Program-made: the position numbers and the translations under genes
Sequence record: SRR20825019_764
Strand: one strand, 5' to 3'
Length of the DNA: 44,820 nucleotides
Notes under the pieces: model-generated
The model's database searches: none
What the model was told of the DNA's origin: nothing
Seen by the model: the letters and a program-made list of their open reading frames with translations, nothing else
Shown here: one piece after another, positions 15,712-26,780 of the stretch
Layout of the letters: every line of letters begins with the position of its first letter
Position numbering within the stretch: the stretch's first letter is position 1

Positions 15712-17778
15712 TTATTCAATCACCGGGCCGGGACTGTCCCGCACGGCGAGCAGGCGTGCAATCAACTCTGACCAGTTTACATGACGGTTATAACCAATCA
15801 CATTGATCCACGGCGGCAAGCCACCTCCCCCTTTGACAATATAATAGCCCTGTTCTGCTTCTCCGATACCGGCCATTTCGCAGACTTCATTCTGTAACTC
15901 ACAGCTTAAACCCAGTTTCTGATAGGAAAAGTCATCAAAAAAACCGAGAAAACTACGCGACACCATCCCTGTGGGACCGCCACCCAGTTCAGTCAGGTTA
16001 TCAACCGCTTTCTGACTGATGCGACGCTTACCGGGATCCTCTTCTGGTGTCGCCAGCCTGGCATCAAACCGGACTGGCTCCCAATTGGACAAGCGAAGGT
16101 GATGAACATGACCTTCAATTTTGCCGGTGATGCGGCCAAAATCAAACGCATTGGTAAGCAGCGCCAGATCCAGATTGCGGATATCGACATTAGCGTAGAG
16201 CTGCGGCAGTCTCCCGAAAGGCGTAGTCATACGCAGATCCCGTATCACCGTCGTGCCATCGAAAACTTTGACCTGCAAGGCCCCGTCAATCTTCAGCTCT
16301 TCATCCTGATAGGTGACGGTGGGAATGACACCGGAGAGCTTCCCCTCAAGCGGTGGCCAGTCCAGTGCTGAAGTTAGACTCTGCATTGAAATCGGGGTGA
16401 GCAGGCCTTGAAACTGCCATTGCAACTGGCCGGATTGATTATCAAGACTGAAATTACTGATCTCAAGCTCGCCATCCATCACCGGTAGTTGCAGCGACTC
16501 ATCCAATGTTAGACGGCTGTTAACACTGTGAGCTCTGATGGCAGCCGCGCCCAACTCGATCTCATAAAGTTTTGCCGAGCGCCAGGCTAAATTCGTATGC
16601 AGTGGCTGCTCAGTCTGGCTCCAGCCCAACTGGCCATTCAGCTTCTGCAAGCTATAGCGCCCTTCTTTATCACTCAGCATGGCCTCGTTAAAGTCGAGCA
16701 ATAACCGGTAATCCGACTGTTGCCAGTCAAATGTCATACTGAGCTTGCCACTCGTTTCGAGCTTGGCAGCCGCACTACCGGCAACAAAAGGTTGCAGCCA
16801 GCTGGGATAAAGTCTGGATAAGTCAGCGGGGCCGGTCACAATATGAAGCGACTGCAAACTGTCATTTTTCCAGTTCAGTGTGGCATCAGCCGACAGTACC
16901 TTTGACTGTTCTAGCTGTGCCTGCTCAACTTTCAGCGCCTTGAAGTCAGTTGCCAGCTGACCACTCGCTTTCAGCGACAACGGATATTGCTGCAGATCCA
17001 GGAATATGGGCTCACTGTAGGCCTGACCGCTATCGCTTTCCAATTCAAGTTGCCAGTGCCATTGCGCCTGCTGTAGCCGACCGCTGGTCTGCCCGTTCAA
17101 GGCCACGCTCTCAGCAACCTGAGTGCCGCTTGCATTACTGAAACTCAAATCTGCTGCTTGCCAGTTCAGGGAAAATGCCCGTAACTGATCGGCCTGACCT
17201 TCAAGCCGACCATCCATTTTAATTCGCCCCTGATAATCCCAGTCTGCCGCTAAAGCCAGTTGCGACTCACTGAGAATCAATGGTAACCAGTCAGTGAGTG
17301 CCGACAGAGCAACGCTGTCAGCTGACACGGATACTTTCCAGGCTGAATCAGTTATATCGGCCTGCAGACTAATCTGGGACTCTGCCAGCTTCAGGCCATT
17401 AACATTCAACTGATAGTCGTTTTTATCAGGTAATGCTTTGATACTGAAACGGAAGTCCTGCTCACCTACTTGCTCATGCCTGAATGACGCCTTGCCAGAT
17501 TCACATTGCCAGTGACCGGCATTAAGCAAGAAAGACTCGCAAGTCAGTTGCACGTTCTGCAGGCGACCAATTGGCGCCGGCAAGTCCAGTTTTTCAGCAG
17601 TGGCGGAAACTTGAAGGCCCTGTCCCGTCAGATCGACTGACATATCAAACTGTTCCGCTACGGTGCCGTCCAGGGTCCAGTGACCGGCTTGCAGGCGAAT
17701 TGTGTCAATCGCATACAAGGGCGAATGCCACAACAGCAGGCAGCATATCCAGGCTGTCCATGCCGCAGTCCAGCGCAT
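15712..17778 (-). CDS. YdbH/AsmA-like intermembrane lipid transport protein
   Basis: Signal peptide, beta-rich body, C-terminal RISQKAVDNL...FSYQKLGLSC...GGGLP; adjacent to ydbL. Confidence 0.6.
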   Translation of the reverse strand: MRWTAAWTAWICCLLLWHSPLYAIDTIRLQAGHWTLDGTVAEQFDMSVDLTGQGLQVSATAEKLDLPAPIGRLQNVQLTCESFLLNAGHWQCESGKASFRHEQVGEQDFRFSIKALPDKNDYQLNVNGLKLAESQISLQADITDSAWKVSVSADSVALSALTDWLPLILSESQLALAADWDYQGRIKMDGRLEGQADQLRAFSLNWQAADLSFSNASGTQVAESVALNGQTSGRLQQAQWHWQLELESDSGQAYSEPIFLDLQQYPLSLKASGQLATDFKALKVEQAQLEQSKVLSADATLNWKNDSLQSLHIVTGPADLSRLYPSWLQPFVAGSAAAKLETSGKLSMTFDWQQSDYRLLLDFNEAMLSDKEGRYSLQKLNGQLGWSQTEQPLHTNLAWRSAKLYEIELGAAAIRAHSVNSRLTLDESLQLPVMDGELEISNFSLDNQSGQLQWQFQGLLTPISMQSLTSALDWPPLEGKLSGVIPTVTYQDEELKIDGALQVKVFDGTTVIRDLRMTTPFGRLPQLYANVDIRNLDLALLTNAFDFGRITGKIEGHVHHLRLSNWEPVRFDARLATPEEDPGKRRISQKAVDNLTELGGGPTGMVSRSFLGFFDDFSYQKLGLSCELQNEVCEMAGIGEAEQGYYIVKGGGGLPPWINVIGYNRHVNWSELIARLLAVRDSPGPVIE

Positions 17779-17781
17779 AAC

Positions 17782-18666
17782 TCAGACCGGAAATATCCCG
17801 GTAGACAGATAACGGTCGCCACGGTCACAGGCAATACTGACAATGACCGCATTTTCCAGCTGCTTCGATAGTCTTAACGCCACCGCCAGTGCGCCACCGG
17901 AAGATACACCAGCAAATATGCCTTCCTGACGTGCCAATTCACGCATGGTATGTTCAGCCTCTTCCTGACAGACATCCAGCGTCTCGTCGACGCGCTCTGG
18001 TTCAAAAATGTCCGGCAGATAAGCTTGCGGCCAGCGGCGAATACCGGGAATGCTGGCGCCTTCAGCCGGTTGCACACCGATGATCTGAACAGCGGGGTTT
18101 TGTTCCTTGAGATAACGTGACACCCCCATAATCGTACCGGTCGTGCCCATTGAGCTGACAAAGTGGGTCACTTTGCCGTGGGTATCCTGCCAGATTTCAG
18201 GTCCGGTCCCCTGATAATGCGCCAGGGGATTGTCGAAGTTGGCAAATTGATTAAGCACTTTGCCTTTACCCGCTTTGGACAGTTCCAGTGCCAGATCACG
18301 GGCTGACTCCATCCCATCGGTAAGAATAATCTCGGCACCATAGGCACGCATGGTTGCCCGCCGTTCACTGCTGCTGTTTTCCGGCATGATCAGAATCATG
18401 TGATAACCCAGAATCGCGGCCACCATGGCTAGCGCAATGCCGGTATTGCCACTGGTGGCCTCGATTAGCGTATCGCCGGGCTGAATATCGCCGCGCTGCT
18501 GTGCCTGACGAATCATGCTGTCGACCGGCCGATCTTTCACTGAACCGGCCGGGTTATTTCCTTCCAGCTTGAGCAGGATGGTATTACTGGTCTCGCCCGG
18601 CAGCCGTTGCAGCCGCACCAGGGGCGTATGACCAATAAAAGATTCAATGGTGGGAAAAGCAGTCAT
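17782..18666 (-). CDS. cysM: cysteine synthase B
   Basis: KLEGNNPAGSVKDR, EATSGNTG, MGTTGT, CDRGDRYLSTG. Confidence 0.95.
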   Translation of the reverse strand: MTAFPTIESFIGHTPLVRLQRLPGETSNTILLKLEGNNPAGSVKDRPVDSMIRQAQQRGDIQPGDTLIEATSGNTGIALAMVAAILGYHMILIMPENSSSERRATMRAYGAEIILTDGMESARDLALELSKAGKGKVLNQFANFDNPLAHYQGTGPEIWQDTHGKVTHFVSSMGTTGTIMGVSRYLKEQNPAVQIIGVQPAEGASIPGIRRWPQAYLPDIFEPERVDETLDVCQEEAEHTMRELARQEGIFAGVSSGGALAVALRLSKQLENAVIVSIACDRGDRYLSTGIFPV

Positions 18667-19049
18667 CAGATAGCTTCCATTAGTATCACGTAAGCACTGG
18701 CATACTCATGATCATCACTGAGGCTCAACAGGGCCCGGCCGATACGATGCTCAGTCATAATAGTCTGACCTGCCGCCTCAAAACTTAATTCCGGCTTACC
18801 CGCAGCATTGTTACTGACGACGATATGGCGAAGACTGAGACCATCACGGAAACCTGTGCCTAAAGCTTTGGCCGCGGCTTCCTTGGCAGCAAAACGCTTG
18901 GCCAGAAATGCCGCCGGTTTGATCTGTAATTTAAACTCGGCAAACTCCGACTCACTCAGGATGCGCTCTGCAATACGATCGCCATGCTTCTCCAGCAGGC
19001 TCTGCATGCGCGGGATATGAACCAGATCGGTGCCAATACCCGCGATCAT
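18666..19049 (-). CDS. acpS: holo-ACP synthase
   Basis: [21 protein letters not shown]. Confidence 0.95.
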   Translation of the reverse strand: MIAGIGTDLVHIPRMQSLLEKHGDRIAERILSESEFAEFKLQIKPAAFLAKRFAAKEAAAKALGTGFRDGLSLRHIVVSNNAAGKPELSFEAAGQTIMTEHRIGRALLSLSDDHEYASAYVILMEAI

Positions 19050-19777
19050 CCGCGACGGGCTTCCTGCATCAGCTGTTTCATATCGCGCACGGCGGCTTTA
19101 AAGCCGGTGAAGACCGAGCGGGCCACAATCGCGTGACCGATATTAAGTTCAACCAGTTGCGGAATCGCGGCAATCGCCTGGGTATTGTGATAATGCAGGC
19201 CATGGCCCGCATTAACCTGTAAACCCCGGGCATGAGCCTGTTCAGCCGCTTCTGTAATTACTGCCAGTTCTCTGGCCATCTCACCGTCGGTTTCAGCATC
19301 GGCATAACGACCGGTATGCAGCTCCACCACCGGTGCGCCGCAGGCCAGTGATGCCTCGATTTGACTGATTTCCGGATCAATAAACAAGGACACCCGGACA
19401 TGAGCAGCAGCCAGCCTGTCACAGGCCTGTTTAATCCTGTCGAACTGGCCGGCAACATCAAGTCCGCCTTCGGTAGTGAGCTCTTCCCGTTTCTCCGGCA
19501 CCAGACAGCAATCGGCAGGACGGTATTTTTCCGCCATCACAAGCATTTCTTCGGTGACGGCCATTTCCAGATTCATCTTGGTTTGCAAAATGTCGGCCAG
19601 CATAGCGACATCACGTTCCTGGATATGACGTCGGTCCTCACGCAGATGCAGGGTAATGCTGTCGGCACCGGCCTGCTCTGCTTCAATCGCGGCCTGGATC
19701 GGATCCGGGTAACGTGTACCCCGTGCCTGGCGCAGGGTCGCGATATGGTCGATATTGACACCTAAATAAATGGACAT
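19046..19777 (-). CDS. pdxJ: pyridoxine 5'-phosphate synthase
   Basis: [40 protein letters not shown]. Confidence 0.97.
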   Translation of the reverse strand: MSIYLGVNIDHIATLRQARGTRYPDPIQAAIEAEQAGADSITLHLREDRRHIQERDVAMLADILQTKMNLEMAVTEEMLVMAEKYRPADCCLVPEKREELTTEGGLDVAGQFDRIKQACDRLAAAHVRVSLFIDPEISQIEASLACGAPVVELHTGRYADAETDGEMARELAVITEAAEQAHARGLQVNAGHGLHYHNTQAIAAIPQLVELNIGHAIVARSVFTGFKAAVRDMKQLMQEARRG

Positions 19778-19789
19778 GGAGCTCCGTTT

Positions 19790-20506
19790 TTATTTGCTAT
19801 TAAACTGTTTGAGGCCGGCGAACAACTGACGGCTGTGCAAAGGCCGACCACCCAGATAATAATTTATCACTGTCCGCATCAGAGTTTTAACCTGTTTCAG
19901 GCTGGTCTCATCAAATCCCCGCCCTTCACGCAGTTGGCGCAGACTTCTGCCGGACACAATACTGGCATTGCTGCTGCTACCATGATAGAGGTGTGGACCA
20001 CTGTCGGGTTGATACAGATAGTTCAACTCATCCTGCAGCGGCTGACCACTGTCGACATCGGTTTCGAGTTGGAGGCCATAGCCCAGTTCACTGAGTAAAG
20101 CCTTTTCAAATAAGCGTAAAGTGAGCTGTTGCTGATGACTGTTATTCTGTAGCTGTTCAAGTGTTTGCTGATAGGCATCAAACAGGTCGGTTTCCGGTTC
20201 ATGCAGGGGCAGCAGTTTATATAAAAGCTCGTTGATATAGAGTCCGCAAAGACTGGCATTACCTACTAAGCGATAAGCGGCATCAGACACTTCCACCTGA
20301 CTTAATGTAACCAGTTCCCCCTGACCATACCAGCTCAGCCACAAGGGTTGGAACAGTTGCATCACATTCCGTCTGCGCTTGGATTGCTGGCGCTGCCCGC
20401 GGGCTACCAGGCTGACACGACCGTGATCTCGGCTCAGCACATCAACCAGCAGACTGGTTTCACGATAGGGTCTGTGATGGAGAACAAAGGCGGCTGTCTG
20501 TTCCAC
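19790..20506 (-). CDS. recO: DNA repair protein RecO
   Basis: AFVLHHRPYRETSL, GLYINELL; position era-recO-pdxJ. Confidence 0.93.
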   Translation of the reverse strand: MEQTAAFVLHHRPYRETSLLVDVLSRDHGRVSLVARGQRQQSKRRRNVMQLFQPLWLSWYGQGELVTLSQVEVSDAAYRLVGNASLCGLYINELLYKLLPLHEPETDLFDAYQQTLEQLQNNSHQQQLTLRLFEKALLSELGYGLQLETDVDSGQPLQDELNYLYQPDSGPHLYHGSSSNASIVSGRSLRQLREGRGFDETSLKQVKTLMRTVINYYLGGRPLHSRQLFAGLKQFNSK

Positions 20507-20517
20507 GTCAAAAGGCT

Positions 20518-21423
20518 TTAAAGTTCGTCTTTGTAACCGAGGTTTTTGAGCATGCGCTCATTATCAGACCAGCCTTCACGCACCTTGACCCATATCTGCA
20601 GGTAGACCTTACAACTGAACAATTGCTCCATTTCCAGCCTGGCCTCACGGCCAATGAGTTTAAGTTGTTCACCGTTTTTGCCAATGACAATCGACTTCTG
20701 ACCGCTGCGCTCGACATAAACCACGGCACTAATACGGGACATATTGTCTTCTTCTTCGAACAGCTCGATTTCCACAGTCAGTGAATAGGGCAGTTCCTTG
20801 CCCAGATAACGGAACAGTTTTTCACGTACGATTTCAGCTGCGAGGAAACGGGAGCTGCGATCGGTCAGCTGATCCTCGTCATAAATCATCTCACCTGCCG
20901 GCATCAGCTTGGCAATTTCCTGTTCTAAAACATCGGTGTTCATGCCTTTGCGGGCGGAAATTGGCACCACCGCGGCAAAGTCATATTGTGCCGACAGTTC
21001 CTGCATTTGCGGCAATAAAGCCCCCTTATCACTGAGCTTATCGGCTTTGTTCAGCACCAGGATCACCGGCGCCCGAGCATCCTGTTGCAGGCGTTTGAGG
21101 ACTTTTTTATCTTCATCCGTCCATTTGAGGCCTTCCACCACAAACAGGATGACGTCGACATCTTCAATCGACGAGGCTGCAGCACGATTCATATAACGGT
21201 TCATCGCTTTTTTGTTATCGCTGTGCAGGCCGGGCGTGTCAACGTAAATGAACTGCCCTTGCTCGGTCGTTTTAATACCCAGAATTCGATGCCGGGTTGT
21301 CTGCGGCCGGCGGGAAGTGATACAGAGCTTCTGCCCCAACACACGGTTGATCAGGGTCGACTTGCCGACATTGGGTCGGCCGATAATAGCGACATAGCCG
21401 GAGCGGAATGGGGTCTCAGTCAT
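20518..21423 (-). CDS. era: GTPase Era
   Basis: GRPNVGKSTL, QTTR, DTPG, NKAD, KH domain. Confidence 0.97.
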   Translation of the reverse strand: MTETPFRSGYVAIIGRPNVGKSTLINRVLGQKLCITSRRPQTTRHRILGIKTTEQGQFIYVDTPGLHSDNKKAMNRYMNRAAASSIEDVDVILFVVEGLKWTDEDKKVLKRLQQDARAPVILVLNKADKLSDKGALLPQMQELSAQYDFAAVVPISARKGMNTDVLEQEIAKLMPAGEMIYDEDQLTDRSSRFLAAEIVREKLFRYLGKELPYSLTVEIELFEEEDNMSRISAVVYVERSGQKSIVIGKNGEQLKLIGREARLEMEQLFSCKVYLQIWVKVREGWSDNERMLKNLGYKDEL

Positions 21424-22103
21424 AATGTACTTTCTATCAGGGTCAGGGCGCGTTCAGCGGCTTTTTTTTCGGCTTTGCGGTGGCTGCTACCCTGCGCCAT
21501 CACGACTTTATCCAGCAGGGTCACCTGGCAGGCCGCTTCAAAGACCGGCTGCTTGTTTTCACCTTTTATTTCACGGACGCTGTAGATCGGTAAGGGTTGC
21601 TTGCGGCTCTGTAGCAGTTCCTGCAAGCGTGTTTTGGGGTCTTTTACCGTTTCAGTGACATCGATGCTGTCGAGTCTTTCATCGTAAAGTCGCAGGATCA
21701 GGGCTTTAACCACTTCCAGTCCCTGATCCAGATAAAGACTGCCGATAACCGCTTCCACCGCATCAGCCAGAATCGACTCACGCCGGAAACCGCCGCTTTT
21801 GAGCTCACCCGGTCCCAGGATCAACACTTCCCCGATTTTCAGTTCGCGGGCAATCTCGGCCAGGGTCTCGCCTTTGACCAGCGAAGCGCGCAGTCGACTG
21901 AGCTTACCTTCCTTGACTTGTGGGAAGCGGTTGAACAGTTCTTCTGCGATCACAAAGCTTAAAATAGCATCACCCAGGTATTCCAGACGCTCGTTGTTTT
22001 TGGGATCGGCGCTGCGGTGAGTCAGTGCCTGAAGCAGTAAGGCGGTATCCTTGAATTCAATTTGTAACTGTTTGCACAGGGCTTTTTGCCGCTGGGTCAT
22101 CAT
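21420..22103 (-). CDS. rnc: ribonuclease III
   Basis: NERLEYLGDA, GELKSGG, DPKTRLQE dsRNA-binding domain. Confidence 0.97.
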   Translation of the reverse strand: MMTQRQKALCKQLQIEFKDTALLLQALTHRSADPKNNERLEYLGDAILSFVIAEELFNRFPQVKEGKLSRLRASLVKGETLAEIARELKIGEVLILGPGELKSGGFRRESILADAVEAVIGSLYLDQGLEVVKALILRLYDERLDSIDVTETVKDPKTRLQELLQSRKQPLPIYSVREIKGENKQPVFEAACQVTLLDKVVMAQGSSHRKAEKKAAERALTLIESTL

Positions 22104-22480
22104 TGTCGCTTGGGCTCTACATCAATTTCTTCTTTGAAATGACCGATGAGGTCAATATGGGCGATAAAGGGTTTTCTGACTTCATAATCGATCACGATTT
22201 TGGTGATATAAGCCGAATTTTTACCACGAAGGATTTCAATATCTTCTCTATCCACACTTTTTATGTAGCCAGTATCAAACTTTTTGTAGAGTAGAAGCTC
22301 TACTTGATTTTTACTCAGATTGTTATTTTTGAGTTCGTTTTCCATCGAGTCCAGGACCTGCAGCACACCATAGTACTCCTGGTACATTGGCAACAGTCGC
22401 ATCACCAATGTGGCAAAAAAAGCAATGAGTGCCAGCACGATCACCCAGCCAATCAAAGTCATTCCGCGTTGATTTTTCAT
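22100..22480 (-). CDS. DUF4845 family protein (pilin-like N-terminus)
   Basis: MKNQRGMTLIG followed by a TM helix, DYEVR; usual position between lepB and rnc. Confidence 0.8.
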   Translation of the reverse strand: MKNQRGMTLIGWVIVLALIAFFATLVMRLLPMYQEYYGVLQVLDSMENELKNNNLSKNQVELLLYKKFDTGYIKSVDREDIEILRGKNSAYITKIVIDYEVRKPFIAHIDLIGHFKEEIDVEPKRQ

Positions 22481-22490
22481 GATTATCCCC

Positions 22491-23261
22491 TTAATCGATT
22501 GACTGACCGATACGGTTCCAGATAATACCGCCGGCATCCCAGTCCCAACTCATCCAGATCAAGAACGCTTTACCGACCAGATTCTCCTCCGGCACGGTGC
22601 CCCAGTAACGACTGTCATTACTATTATCACGGTTGTCACCCATGACGAAATAGTGCCCTTCCGGGACAACCATTTCGCCTTCCAGCGGCCGCTTATCCGT
22701 ATCCACCAGAATCATATGCCCTTCTTCACCCAGATGCTCAAAACGTAATTCGGTATAACTGGGTAAAACGATATTGGTCGGTTCAAGTAATTCCTGACCG
22801 ACCGGTTCACCGTTGATGTACACGATCTTGTCAAAATAGCCTACGGTGTCGCCCGGTAAACCGACCACACGTTTAATATAATCGATATCCGGCTTGTCCT
22901 GATCCTCGGGCTTTTTAGGGTAACGGAAGACAAGGACATCACCCCGCGCCGGTTCCCCGGTATCAAACAGCTTGGTATGCAGAACCGGCAGGCGGATACC
23001 GTAGGAGAATTTATTCACCAGAATGAAATCACCGATATGCAGTGTCGGCAGCATGGATGATGAAGGAATGCGGAAAGGCTCAGCAATAAAAGAGCGGATG
23101 ACCAGCACCAGCAGGATGATCGGGAAGAAAGAGCGGGCATACTCCACCACGACGGGTTCATCTTCTTCTTTGTTTCTTTTAGGTGCCCAGAACAACCTGT
23201 CAACTAACCAAATCAGGCCGGTCACAGCCACCAGTAACACCATCAATGCCGGAAAACTCAC
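22491..23261 (-). CDS. lepB: signal peptidase I
   Basis: EPFRIPSSSM, DYIKR, MGDNRDNSNDSR. Confidence 0.97.
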   Translation of the reverse strand: MSFPALMVLLVAVTGLIWLVDRLFWAPKRNKEEDEPVVVEYARSFFPIILLVLVIRSFIAEPFRIPSSSMLPTLHIGDFILVNKFSYGIRLPVLHTKLFDTGEPARGDVLVFRYPKKPEDQDKPDIDYIKRVVGLPGDTVGYFDKIVYINGEPVGQELLEPTNIVLPSYTELRFEHLGEEGHMILVDTDKRPLEGEMVVPEGHYFVMGDNRDNSNDSRYWGTVPEENLVGKAFLIWMSWDWDAGGIIWNRIGQSID

Positions 23262-23276
23262 TCAACAACGCTCCTT

Positions 23277-25073
23277 TTATGAATTCTTGGACAGCTGTAG
23301 CACTGCCAGGAATGCCTCCTGCGGCACATCTACCTTGCCGACCGACTTCATCCGTTTCTTACCTGCTTTTTGCTTTTCAAGCAACTTGCGCTTACGTGAT
23401 ACGTCACCGCCATAGCACTTGGCCAAGACGTTTTTACGCATCGCTTTCACCGTGGAACGGGCGATAATATGTCCGCCGATAGCGGCCTGAATCGCCACAT
23501 CAAACATCTGCCGGGGAATCAGTTCTTTCATTTTTTCCACCAGCAAGCGACCACGGCTGACACTGGTATCTTTGTGCACAATCAGCGACAGTGCATCGAC
23601 TTTTTCGCCATTAATCAGGATATCAAGCTTGACCAGATCGGCGGGCTGGAACCGGATGAAATGATAATCCAGTGAGGCATAACCACGGCTCACTGACTTG
23701 ATACGGTCAAAGAAATCAATGACCACTTCGTTCATCGGCAGCTCATAGCTCAGGGCCACCTGTTTGCCCATGTACTGCATGTGTTTCTGCACGCCACGTT
23801 TTTCCACGCAGAGGGTAATCACCGCGCCCAGATGTTCCTGCGGTACCAGGATATCAGCGGCAACGATAGGTTCACGGATTTCATCAACACTGCCGACATC
23901 AGGTAATGAGGCCGGATTTTCAACCTTAACCACCTCACCGTTTTTCTTCAGCACTTCAAAGACGACTGTCGGCGCGGTGGTGATCAGATCCAGATCGTAT
24001 TCACGCTCCAATCGCTCCTGAATGATTTCCATATGCAGCAGACCCAGGAAACCGCAGCGGAAACCAAAACCCAGCGCCTGTGAGGTCTCCGGTTCGTAGA
24101 ACAGCGAGGCATCATTCAGCCGCAACTTGCCCAGAGCCTCACGGAAATTTTCATAATCATCACTGCTGACCGGGAAAATACCTGCATAGACCTGCGGCGT
24201 GGCTTCTTTAAAGCCCGGCAGCATTTTATCGGCACCATGATGGGCATGAGTCAGGGTATCACCGACCGGGGCGCCGTCAATTTCTTTGACGCCGGAAATG
24301 ACGTAGCCGACATCACCGCAATCAAGCGTCTGACATGCCGTGCGTTTGGGCGTGAAAGTGCCGACCTGATCGACCTGATATTCCTGACCGGTCGACATCA
24401 CGCGGATTTTATCCTTGGTTTTCAGGCTGCCATCAACAATTCTGACCAGCGAGATGACGCCAACATAGCTGTCGAACCAGGAATCAATGATCAGCGCTTT
24501 CAGCGGCGCATCAGGATCACCTTGTGGCGGTGGCACTTTAGCTATCAACTCTTCTAGTACATCTTCAATGCCTAGACCGGTTTTAGCACTACAGCGCACA
24601 GCGGACATGGCATCAACGCCGATAATATCTTCGATTTCCTGAGCAACACGGTCCGGTTCTGCGGATGGCAAATCAATCTTATTAAGCACCGGTAACACTT
24701 CCAGTCCCAGATCGATGGCGGTGTAGCAGTTGGCAACGCTCTGTGCTTCCACGCCCTGGGCGGCGTCAACTACCAGTAAAGCGCCTTCACAGGCAGCCAG
24801 TGAACGCGAGACTTCATAGGAAAAGTCGACGTGACCGGGGGTGTCGATAAAGTTCAGCTGATACGTCTCTCCGTCACGGGCTTTGTATTCCAGTGACACG
24901 CTCTGTGCCTTGATGGTAATGCCGCGTTCACGCTCAATATCCATCGAATCAAGCACTTGCTGCTGCATTTCACGGTTGGTGAGGCCACCACAGATCTGAA
25001 TAAAGCGATCCGCGATGGTGGATTTGCCATGGTCGATATGCGCGATAATAGAGAAGTTACGTATATTATTCAT
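23277..25073 (-). CDS. lepA: translation elongation factor 4
   Basis: [31 protein letters not shown]. Confidence 0.98.
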   Translation of the reverse strand: MNNIRNFSIIAHIDHGKSTIADRFIQICGGLTNREMQQQVLDSMDIERERGITIKAQSVSLEYKARDGETYQLNFIDTPGHVDFSYEVSRSLAACEGALLVVDAAQGVEAQSVANCYTAIDLGLEVLPVLNKIDLPSAEPDRVAQEIEDIIGVDAMSAVRCSAKTGLGIEDVLEELIAKVPPPQGDPDAPLKALIIDSWFDSYVGVISLVRIVDGSLKTKDKIRVMSTGQEYQVDQVGTFTPKRTACQTLDCGDVGYVISGVKEIDGAPVGDTLTHAHHGADKMLPGFKEATPQVYAGIFPVSSDDYENFREALGKLRLNDASLFYEPETSQALGFGFRCGFLGLLHMEIIQERLEREYDLDLITTAPTVVFEVLKKNGEVVKVENPASLPDVGSVDEIREPIVAADILVPQEHLGAVITLCVEKRGVQKHMQYMGKQVALSYELPMNEVVIDFFDRIKSVSRGYASLDYHFIRFQPADLVKLDILINGEKVDALSLIVHKDTSVSRGRLLVEKMKELIPRQMFDVAIQAAIGGHIIARSTVKAMRKNVLAKCYGGDVSRKRKLLEKQKAGKKRMKSVGKVDVPQEAFLAVLQLSKNS

Positions 25074-25319
25074 TCAGTTATGTTTTTGTGGGTGCCCTCA
25101 ATCGCCCATAATGAGCCTGTCAACGCTGTATTATCCCAGGCTGACAATCACCGGCTTCGGGTCACGAATTAAGCAAATGACCCGTCATTATACGCACTTA
25201 ACGGTGACAAAACGATCATGATCCGTTCCACTTTTCCGGCTTATTGCTGGAAAAACCTTGCTGATTCAAATAAGAATAATTAGCCTAAGCGACTTTGTGG
25301 CATCAAGCCGGACCTGTTC

Positions 25320-26666
25320 ATGTCTTCACTCTCTCCCAATATACTGATTCTGTCCGGTCCGGTCGTGACGACTTTCCTGCGCTTTGCACTGCCCTCTATG
25401 CTGGGGCTGCTGGCGATCACCACAGCCAGTATTGTTGATGGCATCTTTGTCGGCCACTTTGTCAGCAGCGACGGTCTCGCCGCCATAAACCTGCTGATTC
25501 CGTATTTGTCACTGATATTCGGCCTGGCCCTGATGATTGCGATCGGCGGTGCGGTGCGCTGCGGCCATTTTCTCGGCCGCGCTCAAAATGAGATGGCTTC
25601 TGCGGTACTCAGCAAATGCCTGGTGGCAGTACTGATCGTCGGCATCAGCTTTATGCTGCTGTCGTTATGGTTGGATAAAACTATTCTGGGCTGGCTCGGA
25701 ACGCCTGACAGCTTAATGCCGCTGATTCTGCCTTATTTGCATATTATCAGTTGCGTGCTGGTGGTACAGATTTTCACCATGGTGCTGTATTACTTCGTGC
25801 GCCAGGACAATGGGCAGCGTCTCGCCACCACAGCGTTGGTCACCGGCGCGCTGATGAATATTGCACTGGATGCTTTGTTTATTATTCATTTTGAAATGGG
25901 GCTGGTCGGAGCCGCCTGGGCGACGGCGATTGCACAGGGTATCCAACTCATCATTCTGCTGAGCTTTTTCGCTCGCAAGCAACGCCTTTTGCATTGGGCC
26001 TGGCCAACTCAGTGGGCTGAATTAAAAAGCATTAGCTTTAATGGGTTGTCTGAATGTATTAACGAAATCTCCGGTGGACTGGTTATCCTGGTCCTGAACT
26101 GGACGCTGGTAATGCAGTTGGATGTCGATGGTATCGCTGCTTTCGCCGTCATTAATTACCTGATTTTTGTCAGTCTGATGCTCTACTACGGCATTGCCGA
26201 TGCGCTGCATCTGCTGATCAGTCGTAACCATGGTGCTGGCAATCCACAGCGGATAGTGCAGTTTGTCGCCACCGCATCTGCCATGGTGATGCTCATCAGC
26301 CTGGGGCTTGCGCTGTTATTGTGGCTGTCACCGCAATGGCTGACGGGATTATTTCTGGATGATAGCGCGGTTTCAACCCGGCAGTTATCGGTAGCATTTA
26401 TCGGGCTGGTCTGGCCTTTGTTTTTGATCAACGGGCTCAACGTGATTCTGTCGATTTATCTGACGGCAATGCAAAAACCCAGACCATCCATGCTGATTGC
26501 TTTGTCACGTGGTCTGTTTTTCCCGGTGGGGCTGCTATGGCTATTTAGTTCGCTGCTAACACCACCGCAGTTTCTTATCGCCCTGCCAATCGCTGAATGG
26601 CTGACCTTTACGCTGGCAGCCATCCTATTCTGGCATCATCGCCCTGCTCGACTTATTGTGAAATAA
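25320..26666 (+). CDS. MATE family efflux transporter
   Basis: FALPSMLG, IVDGIFVG, NIALDALFI, GAAWAT; about 12 TM segments. Confidence 0.88.
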   Translation: MSSLSPNILILSGPVVTTFLRFALPSMLGLLAITTASIVDGIFVGHFVSSDGLAAINLLIPYLSLIFGLALMIAIGGAVRCGHFLGRAQNEMASAVLSKCLVAVLIVGISFMLLSLWLDKTILGWLGTPDSLMPLILPYLHIISCVLVVQIFTMVLYYFVRQDNGQRLATTALVTGALMNIALDALFIIHFEMGLVGAAWATAIAQGIQLIILLSFFARKQRLLHWAWPTQWAELKSISFNGLSECINEISGGLVILVLNWTLVMQLDVDGIAAFAVINYLIFVSLMLYYGIADALHLLISRNHGAGNPQRIVQFVATASAMVMLISLGLALLLWLSPQWLTGLFLDDSAVSTRQLSVAFIGLVWPLFLINGLNVILSIYLTAMQKPRPSMLIALSRGLFFPVGLLWLFSSLLTPPQFLIALPIAEWLTFTLAAILFWHHRPARLIVK

Positions 26667-26780
26667 AGTCTTTTTTTTGCCTCATTTGAAGTAACTGTGC
26701 TTCCCCATAAAACTAAACAAGCCAAGCACTAAGTACCTGGCTGGCTTGCTCAGTCTGACAATAATCAGAATATCAGCAGC

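Noticed and set aside
26716-26750. Hairpin between the convergent MATE and TonB receptor genes
   Set aside because: Imperfect stem without a U tract; not supportable as a terminator.
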